Positions 9,650 to 18,748 of a DNA stretch of 64,000 bases are shown in pieces. A program made the position numbers and the translations under genes. The notes beneath the pieces were generated by a model. The model saw nothing but the letters and a program-made list of their open reading frames with translations, was not told the origin of the DNA and searched no databases. Source of the stretch: a virus (taxonomy: Duplodnaviria; Caudoviricetes); the IMG/VR virus record IMGVR_UViG_2799112265_000001, positions 67,783 to 131,782 of that record. One strand, 5' to 3'. Each line of letters opens with the position of its first letter. Position 1 is the stretch's first letter.

Positions 9650-10104
9650 CGACCGCAACCGCGCTCGCGCCGGCCGTCATCTTCGACGTCGACGGCACCC
9701 TCTGCGACGTGTCCGACATCCGCCACCTGACCAAGGGGCCGGGCGGGTTCACCGCGTTCCACGCGGCCAGCATCAACTGCCCGCCCCACCAGGACGTCGT
9801 CGACGCCGCCCGCCAGGCCCGCGCCGAGGGCCTGGCCGTGCTCATCATGACCGGCCGGGACCGCCGCTGGGAGCGGCTGACGTCCATGTGGCTGGCCATG
9901 CACGACGTGCCCTCCGATGGCCTGTGGATGCGCGGCCGGGGTGACTACCGGCCCGACTACGTCATCAAGAGGGAGCTGCTGCGCTCCGCCCGGAACCGCT
10001 ACCAGGTGGTGCGGGCCTGGGACGACAACCCGAACGTGATCCGGCTGTGGGAACAGGAGGGCATCCCCGTCACGGTGGTGCCCGGCTGGGAGGACGAGAC
10101 GTGA
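9646..10104 (+). CDS. HAD-family phosphatase (polynucleotide 3'-phosphatase-like domain)
   Basis: IFDVDGTL, TGR, MRxxGDxRPD..K and DDNP motifs, as in the T4 Pnk phosphatase domain. Confidence 0.85.
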   Translation: MTTATALAPAVIFDVDGTLCDVSDIRHLTKGPGGFTAFHAASINCPPHQDVVDAARQARAEGLAVLIMTGRDRRWERLTSMWLAMHDVPSDGLWMRGRGDYRPDYVIKRELLRSARNRYQVVRAWDDNPNVIRLWEQEGIPVTVVPGWEDET

Positions 10105-10559
10105 CAGAGCACCTGACCCTCAGCGGCAGCGCCGTCGTCGGGCCCCTGGCGGTGAGCGCTGACGCCATCGGATGTGCGGCCATCGACCCGCCGCCGCCGA
10201 GCATCTCCATACCCGGCGTCGGAGGGCGCCCGCTGGTCACGATCCACCCCGGCGGCCGACTGGAGTTCGGCGACGGCTACAGGCCGGACGAGGCGGCCCA
10301 GGCGTTCTGGGAGGCCGTGCAGCGCTTCACCCCGCCGCCGATGACCTACACGTTCGGCGCGCCGCTCGCGGCCCGGATCGACGCCGAGCTGAAGCACGGC
10401 AACAAGGCCATGGAGCTGCTGCGGCAGTCCCTACGCGTCCACTCTGCGGTCCACGCGGAGAGCGTCGTCGGCCACCAGTACGGGGCGGTGCCGGATTGCG
10501 CCTTGTGCGACCACGCCGCCGCCATCCGGGAGTTCTTCCAGAAGGGCACCACTCTGTGA
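10101..10559 (+). CDS. hypothetical protein
   Basis: GTGA coupling. Confidence 0.6.
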   Translation: MTEHLTLSGSAVVGPLAVSADAIGCAAIDPPPPSISIPGVGGRPLVTIHPGGRLEFGDGYRPDEAAQAFWEAVQRFTPPPMTYTFGAPLAARIDAELKHGNKAMELLRQSLRVHSAVHAESVVGHQYGAVPDCALCDHAAAIREFFQKGTTL

Positions 10560-11011
10560 CCGCGATCGAGAGCGGAGAGGTCTCCTGCATCGCCTGCACC
10601 GCAACCGTCGTGCACGCTCTTCAGGGCATCGTGCGGTGCGCCCTGCCAGTCGGGCACTATGACGCGGCGAACGTGCCGGACTGGGGCAAGGCAGATCCGA
10701 ACGGGTGGCACCAGTCTGCGCCTGTCCGCGACGGCACCTGGGTCACCTGGGCCGACACGACGATCGGGGCGACGCCGCACGGCCATCCACTGGCACCAGC
10801 GACGGAGCAGTCGACGCAGGCCGTCCGCTTCATCTGCCCGACGTGCGGCCCGACGGCTGTGGAGGCACACCCCGACCTCGCCGTCGTTCTGCGGTGCTCC
10901 AACTGCAAGGAGCACCTGGCCCACGGCTCCCTCGCGCCCACCAAGAGCCGTGTGGCCCAGAGCCACGACCACCTTCGCGCCGCTCTCGCCGCCATGGAGG
11001 CTCAGCAGTGA
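10556..11011 (+). CDS. hypothetical zinc-ribbon protein
   Basis: GTGA coupling; CPTC/CSNC. Confidence 0.55.
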   Translation: MTAIESGEVSCIACTATVVHALQGIVRCALPVGHYDAANVPDWGKADPNGWHQSAPVRDGTWVTWADTTIGATPHGHPLAPATEQSTQAVRFICPTCGPTAVEAHPDLAVVLRCSNCKEHLAHGSLAPTKSRVAQSHDHLRAALAAMEAQQ

Positions 11012-11508
11012 AAGCCCACCTTGCAGCGAGTCCGCCCGGGTCCGCCGGACTCACGGCGCCATGCGCGCAGCACCCCGCGGCCCCCGTCATCGGCGGCCTG
11101 TGCGGGGGCTGCACCCAGTACCCGGTAGATATGCGTCCGTCCCCTGCCGGTGCTCGCGTGTTCCTGGCCCCAGTCGATGCTGACCCCGCAGACCCCAGCG
11201 CCTGGAAGGAGATCGGCTACGTCACCGACTCCTCCTTCACGGAGACGCCCGAGTGGGACACGGCTGACCCGTACCCGTTCGCTCACCTGAAGATTTCGCC
11301 GTTCACCGCCTCGGTTTCGATGAGCCGGTGCCGCGTCTTCCACCCGTGGATCTACCCGCCGTGCGTTGATGCTGTGGCCGCGATCGAGAAGCGGGCCGTT
11401 CGCTGGCGGGCCGCCGCCATCCTCGCGGAGGCGCTCCACCGCCCGCTCTGGCCGTGCCCCCTCCCCTTCGCAGGCCGCAACGTCAGCGAGAGGCTGTGCT
11501 GTCGCTGA
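11008..11508 (+). CDS. hypothetical protein with tail-tube-like segment
   Basis: GTGA coupling; ARVFLAPV...WKEIGYVTD. Confidence 0.5.
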   Translation: MKAHLAASPPGSAGLTAPCAQHPAAPVIGGLCGGCTQYPVDMRPSPAGARVFLAPVDADPADPSAWKEIGYVTDSSFTETPEWDTADPYPFAHLKISPFTASVSMSRCRVFHPWIYPPCVDAVAAIEKRAVRWRAAAILAEALHRPLWPCPLPFAGRNVSERLCCR

Positions 11509-11591
11509 GATCAATCATTCTCGGCGACAACTTCCAATCTCCGTGAAAGACCGGCACAATGAGGGCTGACGGTCAATCAGGGGGGAAGTTC

Positions 11592-11846
11592 ATGACGAAC
11601 GATGTACCACGGGTCCTACGGCTGACGTTCGAGTTCCACATCCCGCGCGGCCTGCGCACCAACATCCGCAACGACCGGCGGGAGAGCGCCGTAGCGTCGC
11701 TGATCTCGTCGGTGGAAGCACTCGCCCACCGGCTGTTCCCATGGGCGGACAGAATGACGGTCCGGCAGGAATGGTCCTACGCCTGGGTCGACAGGACCGA
11801 GACGATCACGCTGCCGGAGAACGACCTGAACACCCGCAAGCCGTAA
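11592..11846 (+). CDS. hypothetical protein
   Basis: ATG after GGGGAAG; 84 aa. Confidence 0.55.
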   Translation: MTNDVPRVLRLTFEFHIPRGLRTNIRNDRRESAVASLISSVEALAHRLFPWADRMTVRQEWSYAWVDRTETITLPENDLNTRKP

Positions 11847-11876
11847 CACAACTGAACACCTGGCCCACCAGCCAGA

Positions 11877-11934
11877 CCCCGTCGGCGGAGAGCAACCGCC
11901 GGCACCACCGCGAATCGAAGGAACACCCGCGATG
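11877..11934 (+). promoter_or_regulatory. conserved hairpin leader element, copy 3
   Basis: GTCGGCGG-AGAGCAA-CCGCCGGC then CACCGCGAATCGAAGGAACACCCGCGATG. Confidence 0.75.
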
Positions 11935-11962
11935 CCCTCTCGCTCCGGCGAGGTGAGGTGAC

Positions 11963-13933
11963 GTGTTCATACCGGACTCCGATCACCTCACCTCATCCGC
12001 GACCAGCTCCCCGCACGGCCGGACCCGCCGCGCGGCCGCCGCGATCTGCCGCCTGTGCGGGCGCCTGCGCTACGAACTCGCTCCGGCCGCCGCCACGGTC
12101 GGCATGACCTGCCTGGGCTGGCTCCACCACCTCGCCGGCGTGAACACCGCCTCCTACATCGGGTACGGCCTCGGGATCGCCGCCACCAGCGCGCTCACCG
12201 CGGGCGGCCTCAAGTTCAAAAGCGCCCCCGCCGCCTCCATCGGCATGGTGGGCACCGGCAGTCTCATCAACACCACCATCGGCGCGGCCACCGGCCCCTC
12301 CGTGCCCTCCCTGATCGCCTCCGGTGTCGTCACCCTGGCCGCGTACGCCACGTACCTGCCGTGGCTGATCAAGACCCGGCACGACCGCATCAACCTCCAG
12401 ATCAAGGCCGCGAAGACCGGCCCGCTCCCGGACGGCATGGGCGTCAACGTCGGCATGCCCGGCGTCATGGGGGACACCGAGGAGGAGACCGCGCTCCGCC
12501 GCGCCCTTGTCGCCCTCGGAACCCCCGCCGTGGACGTCTCCCGGCTCCGGTTCAGCGACACCGGCTGGCACGCCGTGGTGACGCTCCCGCCCGGCAAGAA
12601 CACCTCGGCCGAGGCCATCAAGGCCCGGCGGCAACAGCTCGAAGCCAACCTCGGCCTGCCGGGCAAGCTGCACCTGGCCGAGGGCGCCCAGGCCAACGAG
12701 CTGCTGGTGTTCATGCAGACTTTCGACCCGCTCGCCGAGACGGTGCCGTGGCCGGGCCCGTCTATCCCCTCGATCGAGCAGCCGCTGCCCATCGGGGTGT
12801 ACCCCGACGGCACCGAGACGTTCCTCGACCTGGTCGCCGGGCACGTCCTCATCGCGGGCGGCACCGACATGGGCAAGTCGACCGTCATCAACTGCATCAT
12901 CGGGAACCTGGTCGCCTGCGCCGACGCCGAGATCCTCGGTATCGACATGAAGCCGGGCGCCCTTGAGCTGGGCCCGTGGCGGCGGAACATGCTCGCCCTG
13001 GCCGACGGCGCCGATGCGGCCCGCCAGGTTCTCACCATGTTCAAGGCGGAGATGCACCGCCGAGGGAAGTACCTGGCGTCTCTGCGCGGCCCGAACGGCG
13101 AGCCCGTCCGGAAGTGGACGTCCGAGCACGGCCCGTACTGGGTCCTCGTCATCGACGAGCTGGCCGAGCTGCTGCGCCAGGCCCCGGACGTGGCCGCCGA
13201 GCTGGTCACCATCAACCAGGTGGCCCGCGCCATGGGCATGCGCGTCATCTCCGCGACCCAGTCGCCCAGCGAGCAGGCGTTCGGCGGGAAGGGTACCGAC
13301 GCCCGCCAGCAGTACAGCACCCGCATCGGGCTGCCCATGTTCGAGCCCGAGCCCATCAACATGGTGTTCGGCCGGGGCGCGTACGGGCAGGGCTGGCGCC
13401 TGGACTGGCTCTACCTCCCCGGCAAGTACATGGTGATGTCCCGCCGGTACACCACGCCCCGCGAGGGCCGCGGCTACTACGTGAGCGACGCCGACATCGT
13501 GGCCGTCTCCACCGAGCACGCCCGGTACGACGAGACGCTGGTCCAGGAAGCGCGGCCGCACCCGGAGCCCGACCCGGAGCCCCCGAGGCCGCCCGGCGGG
13601 GGAGGCCCGCGCGGCGGCCGGCCGACGCTGCGCGCCGTGCCGACGTTCCCGGACGGCTCCCGCATCCCCGACAACCGGCTGCCGCTGTGGCAGGCCCTGG
13701 AGAAGGCCGGACCCGAGGGCCTGACCAAACCCGAGGCGGTCCGGCACGGCATCTGCAACCACCACACGTCCATCGCCCCCTACCTGGCGCAGTGGGCCGC
13801 CCAGGGATGGGTCGAGGAGGACGGCAAGCGGGACCGGGCGATCGTCTACGTCCTCACCGCCGCCCAGCACTCACCCGCCCCCGAGGCGCCCGCCACCGAC
13901 GAGGAGAACCCCGCATGTCCCGCGAGCCTGTGA
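11963..13933 (+). CDS. traB: FtsK/SpoIIIE-family conjugative DNA translocase (TraB-type)
   Basis: N-terminal TM segments, Walker A GGTDMGKS, IDMK, Walker B LVIDE, ATQ, Pro linker and C-terminal wHTH-like domain. Confidence 0.9.
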   Translation: MFIPDSDHLTSSATSSPHGRTRRAAAAICRLCGRLRYELAPAAATVGMTCLGWLHHLAGVNTASYIGYGLGIAATSALTAGGLKFKSAPAASIGMVGTGSLINTTIGAATGPSVPSLIASGVVTLAAYATYLPWLIKTRHDRINLQIKAAKTGPLPDGMGVNVGMPGVMGDTEEETALRRALVALGTPAVDVSRLRFSDTGWHAVVTLPPGKNTSAEAIKARRQQLEANLGLPGKLHLAEGAQANELLVFMQTFDPLAETVPWPGPSIPSIEQPLPIGVYPDGTETFLDLVAGHVLIAGGTDMGKSTVINCIIGNLVACADAEILGIDMKPGALELGPWRRNMLALADGADAARQVLTMFKAEMHRRGKYLASLRGPNGEPVRKWTSEHGPYWVLVIDELAELLRQAPDVAAELVTINQVARAMGMRVISATQSPSEQAFGGKGTDARQQYSTRIGLPMFEPEPINMVFGRGAYGQGWRLDWLYLPGKYMVMSRRYTTPREGRGYYVSDADIVAVSTEHARYDETLVQEARPHPEPDPEPPRPPGGGGPRGGRPTLRAVPTFPDGSRIPDNRLPLWQALEKAGPEGLTKPEAVRHGICNHHTSIAPYLAQWAAQGWVEEDGKRDRAIVYVLTAAQHSPAPEAPATDEENPACPASL

Positions 13934-14226
13934 TCCCCACGAGCGTCTACCAGCCCATGGCCACGCACTACCCGGTGGAGGAGTACCAGGCGCAGCACTG
14001 CCAGTGCGGGCACTCCCACAGCCAGGCGCCGGTGCAGAACATCACCATCAAGCAGGCCGACCCGTGGCTGCGCTACATCGGGGTGGGCTTCGCCGGGGCC
14101 GGGATCGGCTTGCTCGTCTTTGCCAGCATCGTGGCGACGCTCATCGCGGCCGGCGCGTGCGCACTGTGCGTCGCCGTGGCCACCTGGGCGCTGCGCGGCC
14201 TGTTCAACGGCAAGAAGGCGTCCTAG
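13915..14226 (+). CDS. SpdD-like plasmid spread membrane protein
   Basis: MSREPVIP..., CxCxH then two TM segments, directly after traB. Confidence 0.65.
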   Translation: MSREPVIPTSVYQPMATHYPVEEYQAQHCQCGHSHSQAPVQNITIKQADPWLRYIGVGFAGAGIGLLVFASIVATLIAAGACALCVAVATWALRGLFNGKKAS

Positions 14227-14258
14227 GCCCACAGCACTTAACCGACTCACTGCGTGAA

Positions 14259-14286
14259 GGGCAGGGGGCGCGTTCGCCCCCTGCCC
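14259..14286 (+). terminator. terminator hairpin
   Basis: GGGCAGGGGGCG-cgtt-CGCCCCCTGCCC. Confidence 0.65.
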
Positions 14287-14306
14287 GCTGACGAGAGGAA
14301 CTGACG

Positions 14307-14621
14307 GTGCTGGAAGTCCGGATGACCGAGCACGCGGCGCACTTCAACCTGATCGACGAGACTGGCCAGATCGGCTCGGTGTTCTTCGCGGAGGCCGACG
14401 GAGAGGACCCGGCCGGGGGCTGGTACGCCGCCGTCAGCCGGTCCCAGTTCCCCGGCGCAGAGTGGCAGAGCGGCCCCCACCCCACCGCGCCGCTGGCGGT
14501 CGCGGCCGCATACCCCTTGCAAGCTCAACTGCGGGAGGAGCGGAAGAAGCTCGCCCACTGGCATCGGGTGAACCGCACACGGCTGATCAGCACGCCCATG
14601 GGCGGCAAGCCGCGCGGGTAA
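14307..14621 (+). CDS. hypothetical protein
   Basis: GAGGA RBS, GTG start. Confidence 0.6.
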   Translation: MLEVRMTEHAAHFNLIDETGQIGSVFFAEADGEDPAGGWYAAVSRSQFPGAEWQSGPHPTAPLAVAAAYPLQAQLREERKKLAHWHRVNRTRLISTPMGGKPRG

Positions 14622-14673
14622 CTCCCGGCGCGACAGGGGCCCGTGTCGGCCGTTCGTGCGATGATCACCGGCT

Positions 14674-15117
14674 ATGGGGAGATACACGTGGGGGATGAAG
14701 GCCAGCATGCTGGTCCTGACCGTGGCGGCCGCGAGCGGCTGCGGCACGTCGGAGAAGGCAGAGCAGCCGGTGGCAGCGAAGCCGAAGACGGTGAGCGTGG
14801 CGGCCGCCACCGAAGACTTCAAGGCCGCCGTGGACAAGTTCGACACGGACGGCGGGTGCCTGGAACAGGCCCCGGGGACGTGCTGGTCGGAGATGACCGC
14901 GGTGATGGAGCCCGCCCGGACCCTGCGGAAGGCGATGAACGCCGACAAGACGGTGGGCCCCGACTTCTGGACCGGTGCGTACGCCTTGATCAACACCATG
15001 GAGAAGGGCATCGCGGTCGGAGAGGACAAGGGCGCCGGCACCTTCTCCAACCGGCCAGACGTCCTCGGCTCCGCGCACCACTTGGCCGACTGGCTGGACG
15101 AGCACCCGCTCAGTTGA
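14674..15117 (+). CDS. lipoprotein
   Basis: Signal peptide with lipobox-like AASGC. Confidence 0.7.
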   Translation: MGRYTWGMKASMLVLTVAAASGCGTSEKAEQPVAAKPKTVSVAAATEDFKAAVDKFDTDGGCLEQAPGTCWSEMTAVMEPARTLRKAMNADKTVGPDFWTGAYALINTMEKGIAVGEDKGAGTFSNRPDVLGSAHHLADWLDEHPLS

Positions 15118-15135
15118 GGTAGCGGTAAGACCGCG

Positions 15136-15164
15136 AGAGCCCCGACCTGTGTGGTCGGGGCTCT
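15136..15164. terminator. terminator hairpin between lipoprotein and mini-array
   Basis: AGAGCCCCGACC-tgtgt-GGTCGGGGCTCT. Confidence 0.7.
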
Positions 15165-15284
15165 GCCCCGCCAGCGCGGGGGCGACCCGTCGGTGAGACG
15201 GGAGAGCGGAACATCCCCGCGAGGGCGGGGTCAACCACTCCATGAAACAGAGGAGCGGATCATCCCCGCGCACGCGGGGGACCA
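15158..15284 (-). CRISPR. orphan type I-E-like mini-array: 3 repeats of 29 nt, 2 spacers of 20 nt
   Basis: CCCCGC-N4-GCGGGG hairpins at 15166, 15215 and 15264 (exact 49-nt period); minus-strand repeats end ATGATCCG and ATGTTCCG like I-E 5' handles; terminal repeat degenerate. Confidence 0.75.
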
Positions 15285-15326
15285 ACACCCCCACTATGGC
15301 ACGTCGGGCTGCTCGTTGGGTCGGTT

Positions 15327-15683
15327 TCAAAACCCGCGCTTCACGGGCAAGGGTCGAGTGCCTCTGCAGCGCACATCACGACAGCGCAGCAGCATCTCGC
15401 CCTCTTCGGCATTCCACGCCCCTCGCTCGGTCATGTTCGAGGCTCCGCACGATGGGCAACAGCGGCGCGGGTTGACGTGAGAGACGGGAAACTTGACCTG
15501 AAAGTCCCGGTTTCTATCGCAAAGCTCGTGATGTGGGTGCTTGGTACCATAGACGCGATTATTGGTACATGGCACGCAGCAACTGATTCCTGCGGCGGTC
15601 CATCTTCCACACCAGCATGATTCGACTTCGAGTCCCATTGCGTTCAGCTGGACTTTCCGGCTCTTCTGCGGCTCAGGGTTCAC
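15327..15683 (-). CDS. Cys-rich hypothetical protein, lower GC
   Basis: 118-aa ORF with many Cys, 9 nt downstream of the GNAT; atypical composition. Confidence 0.45.
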   Translation of the reverse strand: MNPEPQKSRKVQLNAMGLEVESCWCGRWTAAGISCCVPCTNNRVYGTKHPHHELCDRNRDFQVKFPVSHVNPRRCCPSCGASNMTERGAWNAEEGEMLLRCRDVRCRGTRPLPVKRGF

Positions 15684-15692
15684 GGGGAACTC

Positions 15693-16256
15693 CTACGCTC
15701 CGAGCGGGTCGCGCAGCATCGTGGCGAAGACCGGGGAGTCGTCAAAGGGCTGCTGCTCACCGATCTTCCGATACCCCCAGGACTCGTAGACCGCCTTGAG
15801 GCGGCCGCCGGACAGCTCCGGGTTGACCAGGAGGGTTACGCGCTGCTCCTGCCTCTGAGACAGGAGTTCCTCGTGAAGAGCCCGAGCGGCGCCCTGACCG
15901 TGCGCGCCACGCCATTTCCGGCGGACGAGGATCTCGTTCAACGCGAGGGTGCGCTCCCCATCCTCCCGAACGTAGTCAGCCGGGTGATCGTGGCGTTCGT
16001 TGTCCCACCACTTGGTGTCGGCGCCGAGAGGAACGGCGAAGACGTACCCGATGGGTTCCTCCTCGCCCGAGTAGGCCACGACGGCCTCCCAGCCGGGGCG
16101 CGAGGCGTACATGGTGAGCCGTTCATCGAACCGTTCGGGGTGGTAGAAGGGCTGGTTCAGCAGCCCGAACTCCCCGCGGACCTCGATGTGGATGTCGAGG
16201 ATGAGATCGCGGACAGAGTCGACATCTGCCGTTCGGCGGTAGGTCGTGCCGTTCAT
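15693..16256 (-). CDS. GNAT N-acetyltransferase
   Basis: EILVRRKWRG..G acetyl-CoA motif, YESWGY; ATGA coupling. Confidence 0.85.
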   Translation of the reverse strand: MNGTTYRRTADVDSVRDLILDIHIEVRGEFGLLNQPFYHPERFDERLTMYASRPGWEAVVAYSGEEEPIGYVFAVPLGADTKWWDNERHDHPADYVREDGERTLALNEILVRRKWRGAHGQGAARALHEELLSQRQEQRVTLLVNPELSGGRLKAVYESWGYRKIGEQQPFDDSPVFATMLRDPLGA

Positions 16257-17518
16257 GCGGCTTCCCTTCGGTGTTCCAGCCATGCCGTGGTGTCCGAGCT
16301 GGTCGGAGCGATGGATGTGAGGCGCCGGGTGAAGTCGTTCAGGAGGACGTGCACGCGGCCGTGGCGGGCCATGTCGGCTGGGATCTTCCGTGCGGAGGCG
16401 ACGGCGGTCTCGACTTCGCGCTGCCCGAGCTGGGCCAGGGCGAGGTTGGCGTAGGTCAGGGACCGGTTGCGCTCGAGGTCGGGGCGGAGTTTCCCGAGGC
16501 AGCGGTGTGCGTGCCGTTCAGCGTCTTCACAGCGGCCGAGCCGCAGGTAGGCGAAGGTGGCCAGGCTGTCGAGTTCGGCCTGGTCGTAGAAGGCCATCCA
16601 CGGGGGACGGTGCTTGGACCGGTCGGCTCGTTCGTAAGCGCTCTGGGCGAGCTTGATGGCCCGGACGGCTCCCCGCTCGTCTGCCATGTCGGCGTGGAAG
16701 GTGGCCAGCCGGGCGAGCGCCAGGGAGGCGTACAGGGGGTCGGCGCGAGTGATGGGGGTGGAGCGGGCGGCTTCGCCTGCGGCGACGGCGTCGGCGTGGC
16801 GGCCGAGGTGCCGGTACATGATGCCCGCGTGCCCCCACACCCGGTACAGGATGGCGTGGTTGTTCGCCAGTCCAGCGAGGGTCACGGCCCGGTTGAGGTA
16901 GGGCTCGGCTTCGTCCAGGCGGCGGCCGTCGATGGCGGCCCACATGGCGCTGGCCGTGAACGCGGCCGCGACGGAGTAGCACTCCGACCGGATGCGGCTG
17001 GAGGCGATGTGCTGGTTGGGTAGGTCGGCGCTTTCCTCGGCGAGCGCGGCCGCGTGCTGCTGGAGCTGCCGGGTGCCTCCGTACCGGTTGTCCATGCTGA
17101 CGAGGGCGGCGAGTTTCGCGTTCAGCCGGTCGACGTCGGTGGAACCCAGGCGGCGTTGGTTGGCGGAGGGGGCGGTGAGCGAGGCGCCGGCGGCAGTGGC
17201 CGCGGCGAGGAATGTGCGTCGGAACAACGGATCGTCCTCAAGAGATGAGAGGGAGAGCCCTGGGGTCTTAGTTCCCCGAGGAACGAACCCTAGCTCTAGG
17301 GGAGTTCGGCCGGTAACCGCCTGTAAGGCGATGCGAAGTGCGGTGTTCGGCCAGCGGACCTCGCCGCTGAGCAGCTTGTAGACGTGGCGGTCGTGGATGG
17401 TGCCGTACCGGCCGGTGAGGTCGTGAAGTGTCTTGTTGACCAGCTTCACCAGCTCTTCGACTTTCACGCCGTGCTCGCGCATCCACGCCGTGAGAGCCTC
17501 GTTCCGCGTCCCCGTCAT
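16253..17518 (-). CDS. XRE-HTH / TPR-like transcriptional regulator (NsdA-like)
   Basis: N-terminal HTH (GEVRWP...LGF), RRTFL linker, helical repeats, PPWMAFYDQAEL. Confidence 0.8.
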   Translation of the reverse strand: MTGTRNEALTAWMREHGVKVEELVKLVNKTLHDLTGRYGTIHDRHVYKLLSGEVRWPNTALRIALQAVTGRTPLELGFVPRGTKTPGLSLSSLEDDPLFRRTFLAAATAAGASLTAPSANQRRLGSTDVDRLNAKLAALVSMDNRYGGTRQLQQHAAALAEESADLPNQHIASSRIRSECYSVAAAFTASAMWAAIDGRRLDEAEPYLNRAVTLAGLANNHAILYRVWGHAGIMYRHLGRHADAVAAGEAARSTPITRADPLYASLALARLATFHADMADERGAVRAIKLAQSAYERADRSKHRPPWMAFYDQAELDSLATFAYLRLGRCEDAERHAHRCLGKLRPDLERNRSLTYANLALAQLGQREVETAVASARKIPADMARHGRVHVLLNDFTRRLTSIAPTSSDTTAWLEHRREAA

Positions 17519-17675
17519 GACAGAACGTTAGGACTTGACCGCCCTGCGATAGGTAAAGCGGGAGTCAAAATGGCAGGGCGACTGCTCGTAACTTCCGCCC
17601 CAGATGGCATTACTGACGCCCCCTCGGCAGCGGTTACCTACCTCGTAAGACGACCGCGACCGAGGAGGTAGTGCA

Positions 17676-18260
17676 GTGACGGGGCCCCTGCCGCACACCG
17701 CGCGCCACGTACGGCCGCCGATGCCGGCCGAGGAGCGCCAAGCCCTCGAAGCCGCCTGGAACTGGCTGCTCCGGGCGGCCGACAGCCAGCGCGTTGCCGA
17801 GCGCGAGTGGGAGCCCGGCCACGGTGGGCGGACCCTGCTCAGGGCCGGGAAGACCTTCGACGTTCTCCGCGTCACCTACCGCGCGCTCGGCGTGCGTCTG
17901 CCCGACCGCGCGGGCGGCCGTCCGCTCCCGGTCCCCCGGCCGGACCTCCTCGGCAGGCTGGCCGAGCTGGGCATCACCGGCATGGTCTACCGGACCGATT
18001 ACCGCCCCTACCTGTACTTCCTGGTCCCGCCGGGCACCGACCGGACCTGGCCCAAGCCCCGCCTCCTGCGCGACCAGGTGGAGTGCGTGGGTGGTTCGTA
18101 CGCCGACGTGCACCTGGTGGGTGTGCCGAGCCCGCTGTGCACCGAGGGACCGCATCTCCACTGGGTGCGCCCGTTCGGGCCCGGCGGCCCCGCGGAGTGG
18201 CTCGCCGATCCCGAGCACCTGCACCAGGTGCTGCTGGAGCGGGCGGAGGCGACCGTATGA
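17676..18260 (+). CDS. hypothetical protein
   Basis: GAGGAGG RBS; divergent from the regulator; FDVLRV..LYFLVPPG. Confidence 0.7.
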   Translation: MTGPLPHTARHVRPPMPAEERQALEAAWNWLLRAADSQRVAEREWEPGHGGRTLLRAGKTFDVLRVTYRALGVRLPDRAGGRPLPVPRPDLLGRLAELGITGMVYRTDYRPYLYFLVPPGTDRTWPKPRLLRDQVECVGGSYADVHLVGVPSPLCTEGPHLHWVRPFGPGGPAEWLADPEHLHQVLLERAEATV

Positions 18261-18748
18261 GGTACCGCCAGGCCGACCCTCGGGAGCTGGAGTTCCGCCC
18301 GTGGTTGACGCGCGCCCCCGAGGTCCGGCTCGTACCGACCGCTGAGAGCCGTCTCGAATCGGTGCGCCGCACCTGCTACGCCGACGTCCTGGACCGGATC
18401 GGGGGCAGCCGACCCGTGCGGGTGGCCATCTACCTCCGGGCTGCCGGCGGACTCGACACCGACTACTGGGGGCACACCCTCGCCACGCTCGCCACGGCCC
18501 GCGGTTGGCGTGTCAGCGGTCGTAGGTTCACCGACGCGGCCGGCGCCTCCTTCTTCCCCGAGTTCGAGAGCGCCTGCCAGTACGCCCGGCAGGGCTACGT
18601 CGACGGCATCCTCACCATCCGCCGGACCAGCGTGCCGCTGGACGACGAGACGTACGAGGACCGGGTGAACCGGCTGAGGGAGCACACCACGTTCCTCGCG
18701 TTCCTCCAGCAGGTCGATCCCACGAGCGGTGGGGGTGCGGCGTGGTGA
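18257..18748 (+). CDS. degenerate serine-recombinase-catalytic-like domain protein
   Basis: VAIYLR...GWRV..RFTD...VDGIL pattern, but Ala in place of the catalytic Ser. Confidence 0.55.
   Translation: MRYRQADPRELEFRPWLTRAPEVRLVPTAESRLESVRRTCYADVLDRIGGSRPVRVAIYLRAAGGLDTDYWGHTLATLATARGWRVSGRRFTDAAGASFFPEFESACQYARQGYVDGILTIRRTSVPLDDETYEDRVNRLREHTTFLAFLQQVDPTSGGGAAW

Noticed and set aside
14632-14660. CGCGAC as another late promoter
   Set aside because: Lacks the WAR bases and the hexamer at +22
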